A stretch of DNA of 62,837 bases, the filler included, from Choristocarpus tenellus KU-1152 (Eukaryota; Protista; Phaeophyceae), in NCBI GenBank assembly GCA_964200185.2. It is 11 parts of 11 records of this genome, joined end to end, with 100 filler letters (N's around TTAATTAATTAA, not from the genome) between each part and the next. Parts side by side here need not be neighbours in the genome. Positions count along the whole stretch, not along the records: positions 36,482 to 40,742 come from CAXNAD020015424.1; positions 40,843 to 44,344 come from CAXNAD020019590.1; positions 44,445 to 48,881 come from CAXNAD020014558.1; positions 48,982 to 54,747 come from CAXNAD020009804.1; 7 more parts are not named here. One strand, written 5' to 3'. Under the pieces are notes generated by a model. It was not told where the DNA came from and searched no databases. It was given only the letters and a program-made list of their open reading frames with translations. This document shows positions 39,167 through 53,000 of this stretch, piece after piece (position 1 is the first letter of the stretch; each line of letters begins with the position of its first letter). The position numbers and the translations under genes are program-made.

Positions 39167-40742
39167 GTGCAAGATGGGAAGGGAAAGGGAAAGGGAAGGG
39201 GGAAGGGGATGGGGAAGAGGGAGAAGGAAAAGGAAAAATATTCAGTCATGTGCTCTTTTTTGTGAGGTTCTTCACACTAGGTAAGGTGGAGATATGTTTG
39301 CGCAAGGAACAAGGACCTAGTTTGCAATTTCTAATTGTAATTTCGGAATCAGGGCCTGATGGGTGGAAGAGAGATAGGGGCACAAGTGGGTCCACACTGT
39401 GCGCGTGGAATTCCAAGTGTAGATAATGCGATGTGATAGTTGTTGTCTTGAGGACGGATTCAGGAAGGGATATTTGAATTTGAATTGGAAAGAGGAGGAA
39501 GTGGTGTTTCATCTTTATTTTACTGGTTTAAACTTTGGTCTCAGGAGAGATGGACTGTGAGGGGGTCAGACTTGTGGAAAAAGATGAAAGGAAATCGACG
39601 GGCTTAGAATCGTAAGTTACTCACCATACAGTAATCTAAGTAATCTAAAGCACTTCCTCTGCAGTGTGCGATGAAGGCTGTAAGTGCACAAGATGGTAAG
39701 ATATTTGATTTATTTTGTGTGGGGGGGTCTTGCAAAATGTGACTACAAATACGAGGTTACCCTAAAATGTCTCACAAATACGAGAAAACTGACTCAGACT
39801 GCCTGTTCTGCACAGCCTCCTGCGCAGCTACAAGAGAACATGTGGAGATCACTCATTGGTCTGTTTGAGAGGTGGCTGTGTCGAGTTCCTTCTTAGCTAT
39901 TAGAAGGATCTTGAATCTTCCCTAAAGATATTTTAGTATCTTCTGAACAAAATTTAAATTCAGACTATTTACTGGCATGAATAGGTTTCCAACATAGTGC
40001 TGGTCAATGTCAAAGTTGTCTCGAAAGGTAGTGCATGTGGTCAGTTTGTTGAAGGAATCATTTAGTCCCATTGAAATATATGATGACAAGAGTTCCTAGA
40101 TACAGTATTCACTTAATTAGGTGGAAGTTGACTGTGAATAAGATTTATAATATAGAGCCCTGTACATGAGTACCACGATCAAAATTTGTTGGAGTTTGGT
40201 AAGCATATATTTCAATGGTAAGTATGTAGCTGGTGGTTGTGTGATAGTTTTGTAGCACTTCCTTAGGTGTAAATAAGTTCTGTCCAAGAGGTTTTTGTGT
40301 GTAATGTAAATAACTTTTTTGCAAAAGTTTTTGTTGTGTCTATTGTAAATAAGTTTTAGTGAGAAGACACATTACCTTCATATATGATTTATTTTGCGTT
40401 TGAGGCTGGTGCTGTTTTGTACACACAGAGGTTTGTAATCGTTTGTTATATACACATCTATATGTGATATTAATACATATTTATGTGGTATTGATGCATG
40501 CATCTGTCTGGGCAATACTTGTGATTGACAGAGGGAGAGGGTGCTGTTGGCATCAAGTATAGTATGCATGATTTTATTTTTACTTTTACATGTCCTTTTG
40601 GATTACGTAACATTTTGTTATAGGGGATTTCATGTGCACTGTCTCAATTTGTCCAGTATTGAATCCCCTAACCTCCCCCCTACCCCCAAGGTCAACAATG
40701 GGAAAAACCAATCGCACCATTTTAACTTCCATATAGACTTGA

Positions 40743-40842
40743 NNNNNNNNNNNNNNNNNNNNNNNNNNNNNNNNNNNNNNNNNNNNTTAATTAATTAANN
40801 NNNNNNNNNNNNNNNNNNNNNNNNNNNNNNNNNNNNNNNNNN
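40743..40842. other. Artificial contig spacer
   Basis: Same 100-nt spacer. Confidence 0.95.
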
Positions 40843-41040
40843 CAGGGCACCATCGCGCTCACTGTGCCCCACCCGTGGAAGGTGCATTTACACCGCCTAC
40901 ACGGTGAGTTGCAGAGTTCGCCAGCGCTGAAATACGGGGTGTATTGCGGGAGACTATTGAAATCCACCATGACGGTTATCATTCCGTCCGTGTGCCGATC
41001 GAATATTGTGCGACCGTTCAGGAGATGCGGATTAGGTCGT

Positions 41041-41620
41041 GTGTATTCCTATATTTTTTTTCACTTTCCCCATGTTGTTTCATGTCCTTCGTACCTTCCA
41101 CTTCCTTTTGTATCACTTGTCCTTTCCCCCCAGCAACTACGTACTTCTTTGTTTCATTGTCCATTTTTTCGCATGCTGGCATTACTCGTCTTCACCACAT
41201 TTTCTTGCCATATTTACTCCTCTTATTACTTAATCTCCTATTGTTTGCAATTTTTGCATTGGTTATTTGCCTTGCGTTCCACAATCATTGTACTATTATA
41301 ATGTTATTGGTATGAGATTTCATGAATCCCTGTGCATTCCTAATTTTTTTTCACTTTCCCCATGTTGTTTCATGCCCTTCGTACCTTCCACTTCCTTTTG
41401 TGTCGCTTGCTCTTCCCCCCCGGCAACTACGTACTTCTTTATTTCATTGTCCATTTTTTCGCATGCTGGCGTTACTCGTCTTCACCACATTTTTTTGCCA
41501 CATTTACTCCTATTATTACTTAATCTCCTATTGTTTGCAATTTTTGCATTGGTTATTTGCCTTGCGTTCCACACTCATTGTACTATTATAATGTTATTGG
41601 TATGAGATTTCATGAATCCC
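41041..41620 (+). repeat. 290-bp tandem duplication (2 units)
   Basis: 41041-41330 and 41331-41620 are near-identical, both ending tatgagatttcatgaatccc. Confidence 0.92.
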
Positions 41621-41704
41621 TACGATAACTACTTGTGTGATGTCACTGTCAAGTTTGATGCATGCCGGACCCACGCGCTCCCTCCCGCCTTCTCTTCATT
41701 CAGA

Positions 41705-44143
41705 GGCTCTTACTGCGTCGAAGGTGGGCTTGATTGTGGAGGATTATCCCCAAACCCTAATATACAAGACGAGGAGGGGGGGACGCCCTCAATTAGGCAC
41801 AGATAACCACCTCAAAGGTTGTCAGGACCTGGTTCTTCTCGCGCACAACGATGGGACAATGTTCACATGCAATAAGCGAGTCACCGTCAACGACATCTTT
41901 GGCCGTGGGCGTGATGCATCTCCTCCAGTGCTCCAATCCATGATGGACGTCGAATACGAAGGTCCCGCCTCGGACATCCCCATGAGGGCCCTCCATATCC
42001 TTGTTAACAGGTTCGTTTATAACGTCACACACATCCTTCATCACAGGAGCATTGATTTATTTTTTTTGTAGAAGGTGTAGGACATCGTTAAACAATTTCA
42101 GAACGAGCTGGGTGACGGTTCAGGGGCGTCAATCCATCCCACAAGTTTGTTTCCCGAATCGGTACGTTAAGCGTCGAAACACACAAAGAGCGTGTTGCCC
42201 TGTATCGGAACGTACTGCATACACTGCGAAATGATGAATCCGTGCGCAATACAATATACCAGGTTAGGGCTAATTCACGAACTGCCCTCCCACGCTAGGT
42301 ACACGAATGCTAGGGACACCGTCGTCTCCTACAGCACAGAGAGGCACAATGTGGTGGAGGCGGCCCTTGAACGGAGCAGGAGGGTGGAGGTGTTCGTGTC
42401 CAACGCGGCGTCAAAGGACGAGGTGAAGGAGAAGATGGACACGTCCTTCGGCCAAGCCTACGAGGAGGGCAAGTGGAAGGTAAGAAGGGTGTGCTGGCTT
42501 TTTTTTCCATTGCTTTCCAACTTGTTGTTTGCCTACGTTCCCTATGGATAGGTCTCGGGCTTGCAGTTGTACTGGTGATGTTTCCTTGTAGATGTTTACA
42601 CGTTGCCAACAGAGTGCATGCAGTAACCCACACCACAGCTGGAATTCGCGAGTCCCCAAGACTTTGCTGTGATCGGAGGTACGTCATAATGTCCCCCATC
42701 CCCGCGCGAACAAAAAATAATAAAAATGTGCTGCAGTACATCACAACATCTTTAACCAACTAACCCTAACCCATACATATATGACAAACCTTATCACATG
42801 GCTAACCCACTTCACTGCCACATTGTTGGACTGTCACATATACGTACGTGATGCTACAGGTAGCCACGTATCTCGCTCAAGAACGCGTGATAGGCCCTTC
42901 CTGCCTGCCGAGAGTCTTAGGGCAGACCCTCGTCCCAACGGAGACGCATCGATGTTTTGCTGAGGCCGTCCATCCTCAGGGAAAGGCGATGGGACGCGAT
43001 GAGGCGACCATTTTCGTTGCAAAGGCGGTGGCAACGGGCTTCGGCTACCAGATCGAGGTGAATGTGGTATAGAATGAGCGAAACTATGTTAGAGGGTACG
43101 ATTTTTTTTCGGAGTATGTAAAATATACACGTTATGAAAGGTGTGTCCGAAATATAGATATTCACACTTCCTAACAAACACGATATCCAAGATTTCATCA
43201 AAATTGCAACATCATATTTTGACCCCCAAATGGACGTGGCTCTACCCTCTAAGATACTTTGACTCGAATGCACTAACTTGCTAATTTTGTTAAGATCGAA
43301 CGGCATAGTTTAGTTACCAGCACGCAGAAAAGACTATTTATTTTTATTCGTAAGTCCTAACCTACCTAATGCGGCACCCAAATACGTCGTGTACAAAAAT
43401 GTGGCCTTACAGGTAAGTATTGCGTCGCTAGTGTGTTCGACGTTTTGCCACAATAAGGTTGCCGAGTTTGCACCACCTTCTTCGGACGATATTACCTCCA
43501 ATTCATGAACGTTCATGAATCGCCGTACTCTACCCCCCCCCCTCAACACCCCTCGACCCCACCCAACCCCACCGATGTCTTTGTCTTCCGCAATATTCAG
43601 CCGCGTGCAAGCTCGTCCTCGAATCCCGTGGAAATGGCCTTGTTCCCGCTTGAAGGGAAAGACTACAAAGTCGGCGAGAATGACCTCCCTGCGTGGAAGT
43701 GTGCAACTCTCGATCAGAGGCCTTCAGTTCGATCTCCCCCGAAGACCAAGAAGAACAGTACATTCGTCTACTCCATGTGACCAATAACAGACAGCTCAAC
43801 CGCATGCTTTCACCTGGAATGGAGGTGTGTGGGCCGGGCGCAGAGCTCTACTTGCGCGCGGCAGCCACTTCCCCATTGTACCATTCGATGGACCGAGAAG
43901 GCAGACGACGCCAACATCGAGTTCACATCAGAAGTGCCGCAGAGCGGAAGACATGAACAGGTCCTCCTCCCCTTCTCCCAGGTTGGCCCCAAGCAGACGT
44001 TCGTCACGCCCGTGGTCGGGAGGGTGTGCAAACCCCGGTTGAAAGATGACACCAGGTCACAATTCAACACACTCCCAGGTGGTAGGGTAATGCGTTCTCA
44101 AGGACTCGAAGTGGTGGATTTGGATGACGCCAATGACTACTAG
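41705..44143 (+). pseudogene. Multi-exon orphan gene or pseudogene with stops and frameshifts
   Basis: Coding-like, CpG-rich exons with canonical splice sites (e.g. EEGKWK|gtaag...cag|VATYLAQE); the last exon needs two frameshifts. Confidence 0.45.
43076..43265. mobile_element. MITE family B, internally deleted, TSD GAAT, intronic
   Basis: Both TIRs present; GAAT on both sides. Confidence 0.85.
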
Positions 44144-44344
44144 AAAGCGTAAGTATCCCTCTTCCGGCACGAGTGAAAAGGGGGAAGGTCGCAACGTATG
44201 GAGTGGAGGTAGTGATTCTGCCATGGAAGAGGAGGACGAGGAGGAAGAAGAAGATGGGTTAGGGTATGATACAGAGAAGGATGAAGGGGCTGATGAATAG
44301 TTGTAAGAAGATAATCGGGACGGCGGGCGGGTAGGTGGGAGGGG

Positions 44345-44444
44345 NNNNNNNNNNNNNNNNNNNNNNNNNNNNNNNNNNNNNNNNNNNNTTAATTAATTAA
44401 NNNNNNNNNNNNNNNNNNNNNNNNNNNNNNNNNNNNNNNNNNNN
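44345..44444. other. Artificial contig spacer
   Basis: Same 100-nt spacer. Confidence 0.95.
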
Positions 44445-44466
44445 CCCCCCCAAGATACATTGAGCC
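44445..44466. mobile_element. MITE family A terminus at contig start
   Basis: poly-C + aagatacattgagcc. Confidence 0.5.
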
Positions 44467-44489
44467 GAAATAGAAAGTGGACGCAAGAC

Positions 44490-44592
44490 CTCATTACACC
44501 GAGTCTCACAGTACACAATATTTTTGATTCATCAAGACCAAACACCTTGATACACCAAGTCTCACAGTACACAATATTCTTGATTCGTCAAC
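44490..44592. repeat. ~56-bp-period direct repeat x2
   Basis: agtctcacagtacacaatatt(t/c)ttgattc(a/g)tcaa twice. Confidence 0.7.
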
Positions 44593-47217
44593 TTCCACTT
44601 CCTCACTCAAAAATTCAATGCGAACCTACTGGACCGCGGCAGGGTCACCAGAATGTTGAAGGGTCTCGGCACGAACGGATCCATCGAAGGCAACAAAACA
44701 AGCTCGCTACCATTAAGGGTGATCAACCTTTCTACTTGTACTCTCGGTGGAACCCTTTCAGGGAAATCAATACCTCCATGAAGGAACAGGGGGCTCCAGA
44801 AAACCTTCATAGCGATGACTTTCTCTGCTTCTACATTGCTAACAACTCCATCAAGATTGACAAGAGTAGCAAGAAGAGATATTCCAAGAGCAACAAGCAA
44901 ATCTTATACCACCTCAATGGGCAAAACCAGGCAATGGATCTCAGGGCCCTTTCCAACATGACCAAGGAGAAGACCCTTCCTTGCATATCCAGCTCCCACA
45001 CTACGCGGAAATGGAGTAGGTCAATGACATCATAGTCCACCTCCAAAAGGACAAGAACACCAAGTTCACTTCGAAGATACACCCGCAGTGCACCAGAGAG
45101 ATTGCTGAGTCGCTCTCGATAAGGGAAGGTGCGGCTTCCAGTAGATCCCAGGCACTCGATGTGGTCGACGTCTTCAAAAGAATGGTTTCCTGGATACGTG
45201 CAATGGAAATACTATCGAAAGAAATTTCCTTGCGGCCATCCTCATCTTTCCATGCTGGAGATCAAGGACAAGACTAAGAAGAGGAAGTGGAGGAAGTTAC
45301 TGGTAAAACAATGTAACCAGTACAGCCTTAAGGACTCTCATTCCACGACAATAGACTGCATCCAACTGTGCGGTCAAGATGAGGGCCGCTGGGAAGGTCA
45401 AGGCATTCCTAAAAGAGGCATATGAAGATATCAACCTTGAGAGTGGAATCATGAAAGCAGTGGAGAGCATGACTTATGAATTCCACAATTTCATCACAAC
45501 ACTGGTCCAGACTTGTACAAGAGAGGGTGAGAATCTCCAAAGTGCTTTTTATCAGAGGGCATTCATTTCAAAACTTCCTTTTGTGTTCCTCTTTTTTCTA
45601 CTTCTAACTAGACACCTGAGAACAACGACTCTAATCCCAACTGTCTTTTACCGCCCCCGTTCGTTCGCATCATTGACTTGACAAGTTCAATAATATGCTT
45701 CGCAGCGCCTGGAAAGATCTCAAGAAGAGCAACAGCACCACCGTGAGTTTATTGCTGCTTATCTTATCTTTCGCCTGTAGATGTGCCCCAGTGCAATCCG
45801 ATATCATTCCACAGATGTCTTATTCATCTGTTTCTATCACATCTGTTCCGCGTATACTTTTGTACCTATATCTATCCAACCACACTTGTGTATAAAATCA
45901 GTTCGTTTCGCAGTGTTTCCGCATCCTTTTTTATTTCTTGTCCTCTTTCTCTACGTACTGTTCCACAACCTTCTCCTATCATTCCTCTCATCATCCCCCC
46001 GGAGGAAAAATTAGGCATTTCATCCGTCTACTCCTTTTCCGTGCTCTGGAAAGCAGGTTGTGGCAAGTCCCTTGAACAGCGGTGGGTTCACAATTACAGG
46101 ACGCAGGTGGGATCCTCATAATTATTTCCTGCAACTTTGATTCATTTGCTCCCGTGTTCTTTCTGTGGGACAAGATAATGCTTAGCGTGTATCAGGCAAT
46201 CGAAAACTAATATACTTGCCACTTCAAGTATTTAGTGGTGATCTCAAAAGTTTGACAACTTTGCATCCCATTTCCTGACAAAGCACATATTTTCCATCTC
46301 ATCTGCATATCCTGAAGCCATTAGAGAGACGTTAATTTTTCAGGATGTGCACAATGTCTTTGTGGGAGAGATCATAGCGCTTGTGGTGAAAAAAAGTCCC
46401 AACATCATTGTTGGAAGGATGCTATTGAGATCAAAGCACACACAGTCTCTGAGGAAACAGTAGACAGACTTACATCGGATACACTTTCACTCTCTTACTA
46501 TCTCTTTAGAATCTAGACACACCAAGAAGAATGGTTAAGCCCTATCTTTCTTTCTGCTATTCCGACTTCGATACATATTGACGTTTCAGTTTATGTCCAT
46601 TCACGAAAAATACATTTCAAGGTCAGCGCAAAGCAACTTTTTTTCGCAACATAGAACGTAACCTTCTATTCCATCACTGTGCACCTTATGTCATATCGTA
46701 AGAGGTACCTGTCGGAATTCATTATTGTTGTCGCCCTACAAATACTCTTTCATCTGGTATAAATTTATGACACTACAAGGTCAAGAAGAAATTCCTCCTC
46801 GAGGACGTAAATAAAAGGTGGTGTCTTCCTGAAGATTGTTAAGTACTCCAATGGTGTTTCCCTCACCAATGGGTAGGATGACCAGGGTGAAGAAGTATGA
46901 TATCCTTACGTTTTAAGGTTTCTACATTTTTCTGACAACATGACCGTATTCAAGTCCCTCTAATATTTTTCATTCCTTCACCTTGTGTTGATCAACGAAT
47001 GCCAGATGTAGCTCTTACAGGTCCGTACACCATAATGTATAATTTCATGTACCAAACATGTCCATGGATTTGAGTTTTTTTACATATCAAAAACGGTAAA
47101 ACACCAACACTGATCTTAACATTTTCAATCGCTTATATTATATATCCTTGACTGTATTTTTTTATGTTCTTCCTCACATACTCGTCACAAAACATGTTGA
47201 AACACTAGTAAACCCTT

Positions 47218-47326
47218 GAGCTACCGAGAGGGTACAAGTTTTGACCTGTTTGTCCATTCGGGGCTTGGCTTCCCTAGGGGGTTTATGACCGTTTCCTACT
47301 CCAAAGTGTTTCAGAGTAGGTAAAAT
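47218..47326. mobile_element. MITE family B, truncated, abutting the Gypsy fragment
   Basis: gagagggtacaag...tttgtccattcggggcttggcttccc. Confidence 0.7.
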
Positions 47327-48881
47327 TGGGCAAATTCAAAGGGATTTGCAGAGGGTGACCCGGATGGGAAACGACGGGTCAGCCGCGAATAGGGTCATGG
47401 GAGTGATCCAGGATATAGAAAGCTATCTGGAAGATAACAATCTGGATGGTGCTTTCCATGATAATGCTGGACAAGTGGGGAAGACTTGGAAGGCAGGGCC
47501 AGGAAAGGTACTCTCAGAGGCCTTTATTACAGGGCTTGAACCCCCTACGTTTAAGGCTGAAATTGCTAAGTATGTGGCTTGGGATCCTGAGCTAAAAAAG
47601 GATCCAGACCAGATCTTTGACCTGGTAAAGGAGGAAGCCGAGAACTGGAGAATTTATGAGAGGGCCCGGGATTTTGAAACGAAACGAACCAAGCAAGGTG
47701 AACCTGGTTGTAAACATCAAGAGGGAAAGCCTAAGTGTGGGGAGACGAATGGCAAGCCAGGGAAAGACACACCAGGTGGTGGACTGAGTGTGAGGAAATA
47801 CAGTTCGAAGGGACTTGTGATGCATGTGGGAAAGTTGGGCATAAACATGCTCAATGCCGAAGCTTGCTGGCTAGAGTCCGGAAGGAGCAGCAGCAGAGGC
47901 AGCAGAGGCATCCACAACATCGTGGTAGAGGTACAGACCCCGGGGGGGTATCTGGACCAGGACAAAGACTACAACCCAGGGGTGCCAGGCAGCAATCCTC
48001 AAGCGTAGGGGAAGAAACAAGCCATCTAGGTGGAGCCCAAGGTACGAGGAGCCAGCAGGGGCTAGCTCCACAGCCTGCTACTGAGTCAAGGCAAGGCACT
48101 GGTGGTGGGAGTACGAGTGGCAGGGCAGTGAGGGTCGATGAGATGGTTCCCGATGATGCGGATCATGGGATGCCTCTGCTGCCGCCAAGCCCGGATCCCA
48201 ACATTAATCCTTACGCAGGCCATACTGGCCTGCGAAAAATCCAGGGCACTCATGAGGATGTGTCCCTAGCTACGGAAGGGGTGCATATTGTGCAATATAG
48301 GCTAGGTAGTCTATAGGGTTTTATGTGTTTAGTCAACAAAACTACACAACAGAAATATTTCCTAAATGAAGAAAGGATCATGGACTTGTTTCCTTGAGCA
48401 TAGGGTAGTAGGTTCGAGTCTCGATGGACTGATATCTTATTTTGTTTAATGCAAGTGGCTGACGTAGTGCGACTGACACAGACACATTCTTGACGTGTTT
48501 GCTGACGTGCGCAATAGATAATAATATAAGGGAGAACACCCCACCACCAAGGGTTGTGCTCACTCCGCTAATAAATACATCCATACAACATAAAGCAAAC
48601 TCTATTGGAATAGCTCTCTTTTGCATAGATATAGAAAGGTTGAGCTACCATGGTACAGCAGAAGTAACTCCAGTGGGGGTCAACATGCATGGGAAGTTGC
48701 CTTTCAGTATGAAAGCCCTGATGGACCCAGGGTCAGGGATAACAGGCATATCTGAGAGCCTGGTGAAAAAAATGCAGCAGTGTTTTGGTGGAGCAGTGCT
48801 AACAAAGTCCCTCCATCAGCCCTTCCCTGTCAAGATCACAAATTGATTGTCTGAGTCCATAGGGAATGTGACTAGTCCCTT
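47327..48881 (+). mobile_element. Ty3/Gypsy LTR retrotransposon fragment (gag, zinc knuckle, protease), frameshifted
   Basis: Gag-like frame, CCHC knuckle CDACGKVGHKHAQC, aspartic-protease-like ALMDPGSGITGIS. Confidence 0.8.
48288..48621. mobile_element. 334-bp AT-rich insertion between gag and protease
   Basis: Flanked by TGCATA direct repeats (48282-48287, 48622-48627); coding character resumes on both sides. Confidence 0.45.
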
Positions 48882-48981
48882 NNNNNNNNNNNNNNNNNNN
48901 NNNNNNNNNNNNNNNNNNNNNNNNNTTAATTAATTAANNNNNNNNNNNNNNNNNNNNNNNNNNNNNNNNNNNNNNNNNNNN
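48882..48981. other. Artificial contig spacer
   Basis: Same 100-nt spacer. Confidence 0.95.
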
Positions 48982-49052
48982 ACATCAAAATCACAACATT
49001 GTATTTTGATCCCCAAATGGACGCGGCTCTACCCTCTAAGATACTTTGGCTC
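48982..49052. mobile_element. MITE family B, cut by contig start
   Basis: ccccaaatggacgcggctctaccctctaagatactttggctc. Confidence 0.8.
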
Positions 49053-50050
49053 GATACAAGAAACATACACTGTCCATGGTTTCATGCATGATCATACCGT
49101 GCCACACAACGAAACGCGAAAACCCTTACAGAAAGCTGGATGCGAGACAGGGCAATCACACCAAATTCAAACAACTTTCTGCTTCTAGAACAACGGTCCC
49201 AATGGGCTTGACAGTATCTTGACCATGTCAATTGAGAGCCTACCTACAAAACAAGCAAAAGTGTAAGGTGGTAACTACAGCAATATTGAATATTCTCAAC
49301 AGTGGGCACAACTCAGAACTACTTCAGAAACAAAAACAAAACATGCCTTTCAGTTACGATGACCCTCCCCTCCCCTATTGCATTTCCTACATCAACAAAC
49401 CACAAGTACCAGGTATACACTCAAAAAAATTTAAGACTCTATGCAGTGAGAACACCCTCCCAATAAAAAAATGGCGCTTGATTCATGGAACTGTGATGAC
49501 ATCCTCAGGCAGAAAGGGACAAACAAAAAAGGAAGAGCACCAATTGACCTACTCAATGCAAGGCAATCTCTCTATATCATTGTCTACTGATAGATACATA
49601 TCTACACACCAAAAACGTTTCACTCTCACTGCCTCAGTTACCAGTAAAAACACTTATCGCAACATTCCAATCCCCTAATAATGCTTCCTGGACAAACTTC
49701 ATCACCCCTGTCACACTGCAGGCGATGATCTCTCCTATTGTTTAAAGAGGGAAACCTAAAAATCGAAATGAAGGACTAGGACCAATGATCAAGCAGATTT
49801 TTTGACTTGTAAGAAACAAAACCATATCTCTTGCAAAGGAACTTGCACCATTGGATGTAAGTGTGTATCATAAGTGGGTCAAAAACACCTAGAATACCCC
49901 TCAATATTTTCACAACCAGCACACATTGTCACCTTTTTGCAAATCTGTCCATCACTGTCCAAGTGAACACAGTCAACCTATACATACCTTCATCAACAGA
50001 TTGGAGGTGCTTAAAATTCTGTTGGGCAAAAATAAATGCACAGCTACTCC

Positions 50051-53000
50051 CTATTCCCACCAATACTCAGGGTAAGAACGCTTAGAAGATAAGTGGTTGA
50101 GTCCAATAGCCACTGAGATGTGCATGCCCAATCCAAACAGAACTGACAAGACCAGCATCACCACCTGCAAATATCATTTGAAAGACAAGGAAGCAGGAAA
50201 TGGCATGACAACAGTCGAATGAAATAACAGGATCGGAACAACATAGATTATCAGGCACCTCCACCACAACCAAGGACAACCCACCTTACAGAACTTTGGA
50301 TGGACCGATCAATGGTGTTTACAGATATGGCATGAAATATGTGTGGGTGCAAAGAACTGTGAGATCTATGCCACAAAGTTGCATGAAAGAGAGCTGAGCA
50401 CGTTGTGGGTTTGTTGTATGTGGTCCTCTCACCCACCTTCATGTTTTGATACTTTAAGAATCCACAATTGCAAGCTGTGTAAAAAATACACCCACACCCA
50501 ATGGCATTACAACCGACCTTAATGACAAGGGCCAGTATATATTATCATTGGTCAAGTTAATCCGGGCCTTCTTTGCTCAATGGACCTCAGCAAATGGCAA
50601 ATGGCATGCTCTTCTCACCTGTTCATTTGTTGCTGTGTTGTTCGCAGCACCGACGAATATGATGGACAATGCTCCAGCAGGAGGGTGGATGACTCCCATC
50701 AACCCCATAGCAGAGATTGTCATGGATGCAGCCAGTGCTTTCTGTAGCCACACCATCACCCCACACGGAAAGCTATAGATTACCCCCACCCCACATGCCA
50801 TCCCCAAAAGGTGCGCAAAAAGCACTGTCCGGGGCTGGGCCAACGGGGCTGCAGGTAGAGCATAGAGCAAGGTGGCCAAGGCACCAAATGAACCTGTAAG
50901 GTAAAACAGGTCCCCCTGAAGGGGAAAAGAGAAACAATATGTTCGCTGTCAATGCCTTACATGGATGGTATTGAGCATGTAATGGGGGCAGTCTGTGACA
51001 TGCTGTAGAGGTGAAGCAGAACGCAGATGTAGGAGATTTGTGTCATTTGTAATTATCCCTACGGATGGAGATCTTGATCATGAAACACTAGGTGAGCAAG
51101 GTGGTAGGATAGGATTTCCTGTGAAGTTGAAGTTAACACCTCAGCAGAAGTGCATCCACATAATGTGATCGTCACACTTTGACTCCACATCAAGTAAACA
51201 TTACCTACACAGGATGCTGCATAGGTGGGGGGTACAAGGAAATATGAGTCCTGCTTCATGAATGACCTTTCTCCAATCCTTGAAGACACTGCAAATCAAA
51301 GCTGATTTGTACTCCTGGGACAGCTCACCTGTCCATTCCATGCAACAGCGCTGTTGAGTATATCAAATGCCACCTGCGTAGCACCAATACCACAAAATGT
51401 TCCCACCCATGTCACACAAGCCTCAAGTAGGGGCATCTTCTTCATCTTGACCGGCTTGGCAGTTGACCCGTATGTCAGCAGGTCAAGCAACCGGGCGGAG
51501 GCCAAACCAGCAGAAGATCTCTCCCTCTTAAGAACAGCAGTGGAGGTGTCAATATCCGACAGTCTCATCCACGAAGGTCTTCTAGTGTAGCTTAAAACTT
51601 TACCACCAATGACTGGACTCCTATGTGGTGACCTTCGTTGAATAATCTGTTCTGCCATAGGTGGTGTATCACTCTTTAGTTCTAGAAACTCAAAAGTATC
51701 TGTCACCTGGTCTCCTGTTCTATTGTGGTACCTGTGGTGTCGCAAGTGTGGGAGTATAAGACATGGGGCAGTAACATACGGCACACAAACCAAAATCTGG
51801 GACAGTTTGTAGAGTTCAGTTGATGGCTCCCTGCCTTCATCCCAAATTCACTCAATACTCAACACCACTTTGGGAAACTTGCCATTTATATGTGTTGGCA
51901 GTCTATGAAACTAAAAGCATGTGTCCAGGGCTCTGACCTGATGAGCATAGGCATGAGAAAATACAAAGCAATTTTCATGACCCGCATGTTCCTTTGGAGG
52001 CGATTCCGCCGGCCCTCAATGAAGAGAGCACGGTGCATCATGAGTTGGGAAACCCGCTGTGCTGCCCCAGCGATACTTTCTGCGTATGTCATTAGGGCTG
52101 AGATGTGGTTCTGTGGAGTTGGTAGATAAACCACCAAGACACCCAAAGACTGACTGAAGCCACCCTTTTGGATTTTAGTGCCACCACGGTCTATGATGAG
52201 TGGAATTGTCAAGGCTGTGTGGAAGAGCATGGAGGCCTGTTTGAGTCTGCAAAGAGTGACAACAAAATTGTGGGACACTTAGTGCAGAGTAGAGCAGTCT
52301 GTGACGCCCATGTCAAATACCTCGACAAGCGCAGGATATATCTCGAGCCAAAAGAAGGAAAAGCAAAAATATGTCGAAATCTTGCCTGCTGCCCCCTGGG
52401 TTACAGCAAGGATCTACCACCATTGCCTTGATGTCGTGTAAAGCTGGTGTTTCAGTTGCCCAAGTGATCCCAGGCAAGCCAATCCGCTTTGCGTATGTCT
52501 CTGTGTTGGCGTTTCGACTGAAATGAACAAGGTCGGCATCAGTCTGATCGTTGACTCTCTCAGGGATGAAGGAGCAGCAGTGGACAAGCGTGTGCCCATT
52601 TCCTTCGTTCGGGACAAAGGACTCTCCATACGCGTCAAGATCGGAGCAAACCGTCTCGAGCATTTTCTGTTTACACAGGAGGAAATATAAAACATCTGGT
52701 TAGGAAGAAATATTTCTTAGATAGCGTGGGGACGAAACATGGAAAAATGCAAGGTACAGGGAGGGATTTCTTTTTCCTCTCGGGATGGTGAGATGATACT
52801 TCAGAGGCTGTACATAAGCTACAGAACTGTTGTGTTGTCTCCTGGTGATGAGTCAGAAAAAGTGACCATAGGTGGTATTGAAGCCGAGGCCCAACTAATT
52901 TCGCCCGTGACACGCAAACAATCCCAGAAAAGAGTATGGGGAGGGCATATCATCCCCCAAGCACTCTCCCCCTATTCTCATGCACACTCCAGAGTCCATC

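Noticed and set aside
40864-41605. Hydrophobic ORFs resembling duplicated membrane proteins
   Set aside because: Arise from a T-rich 290-bp tandem duplication open in several frames, probably intronic.
44600-47050. Decayed coding-like segments on both strands
   Set aside because: No recognisable motifs; cannot support a family call.
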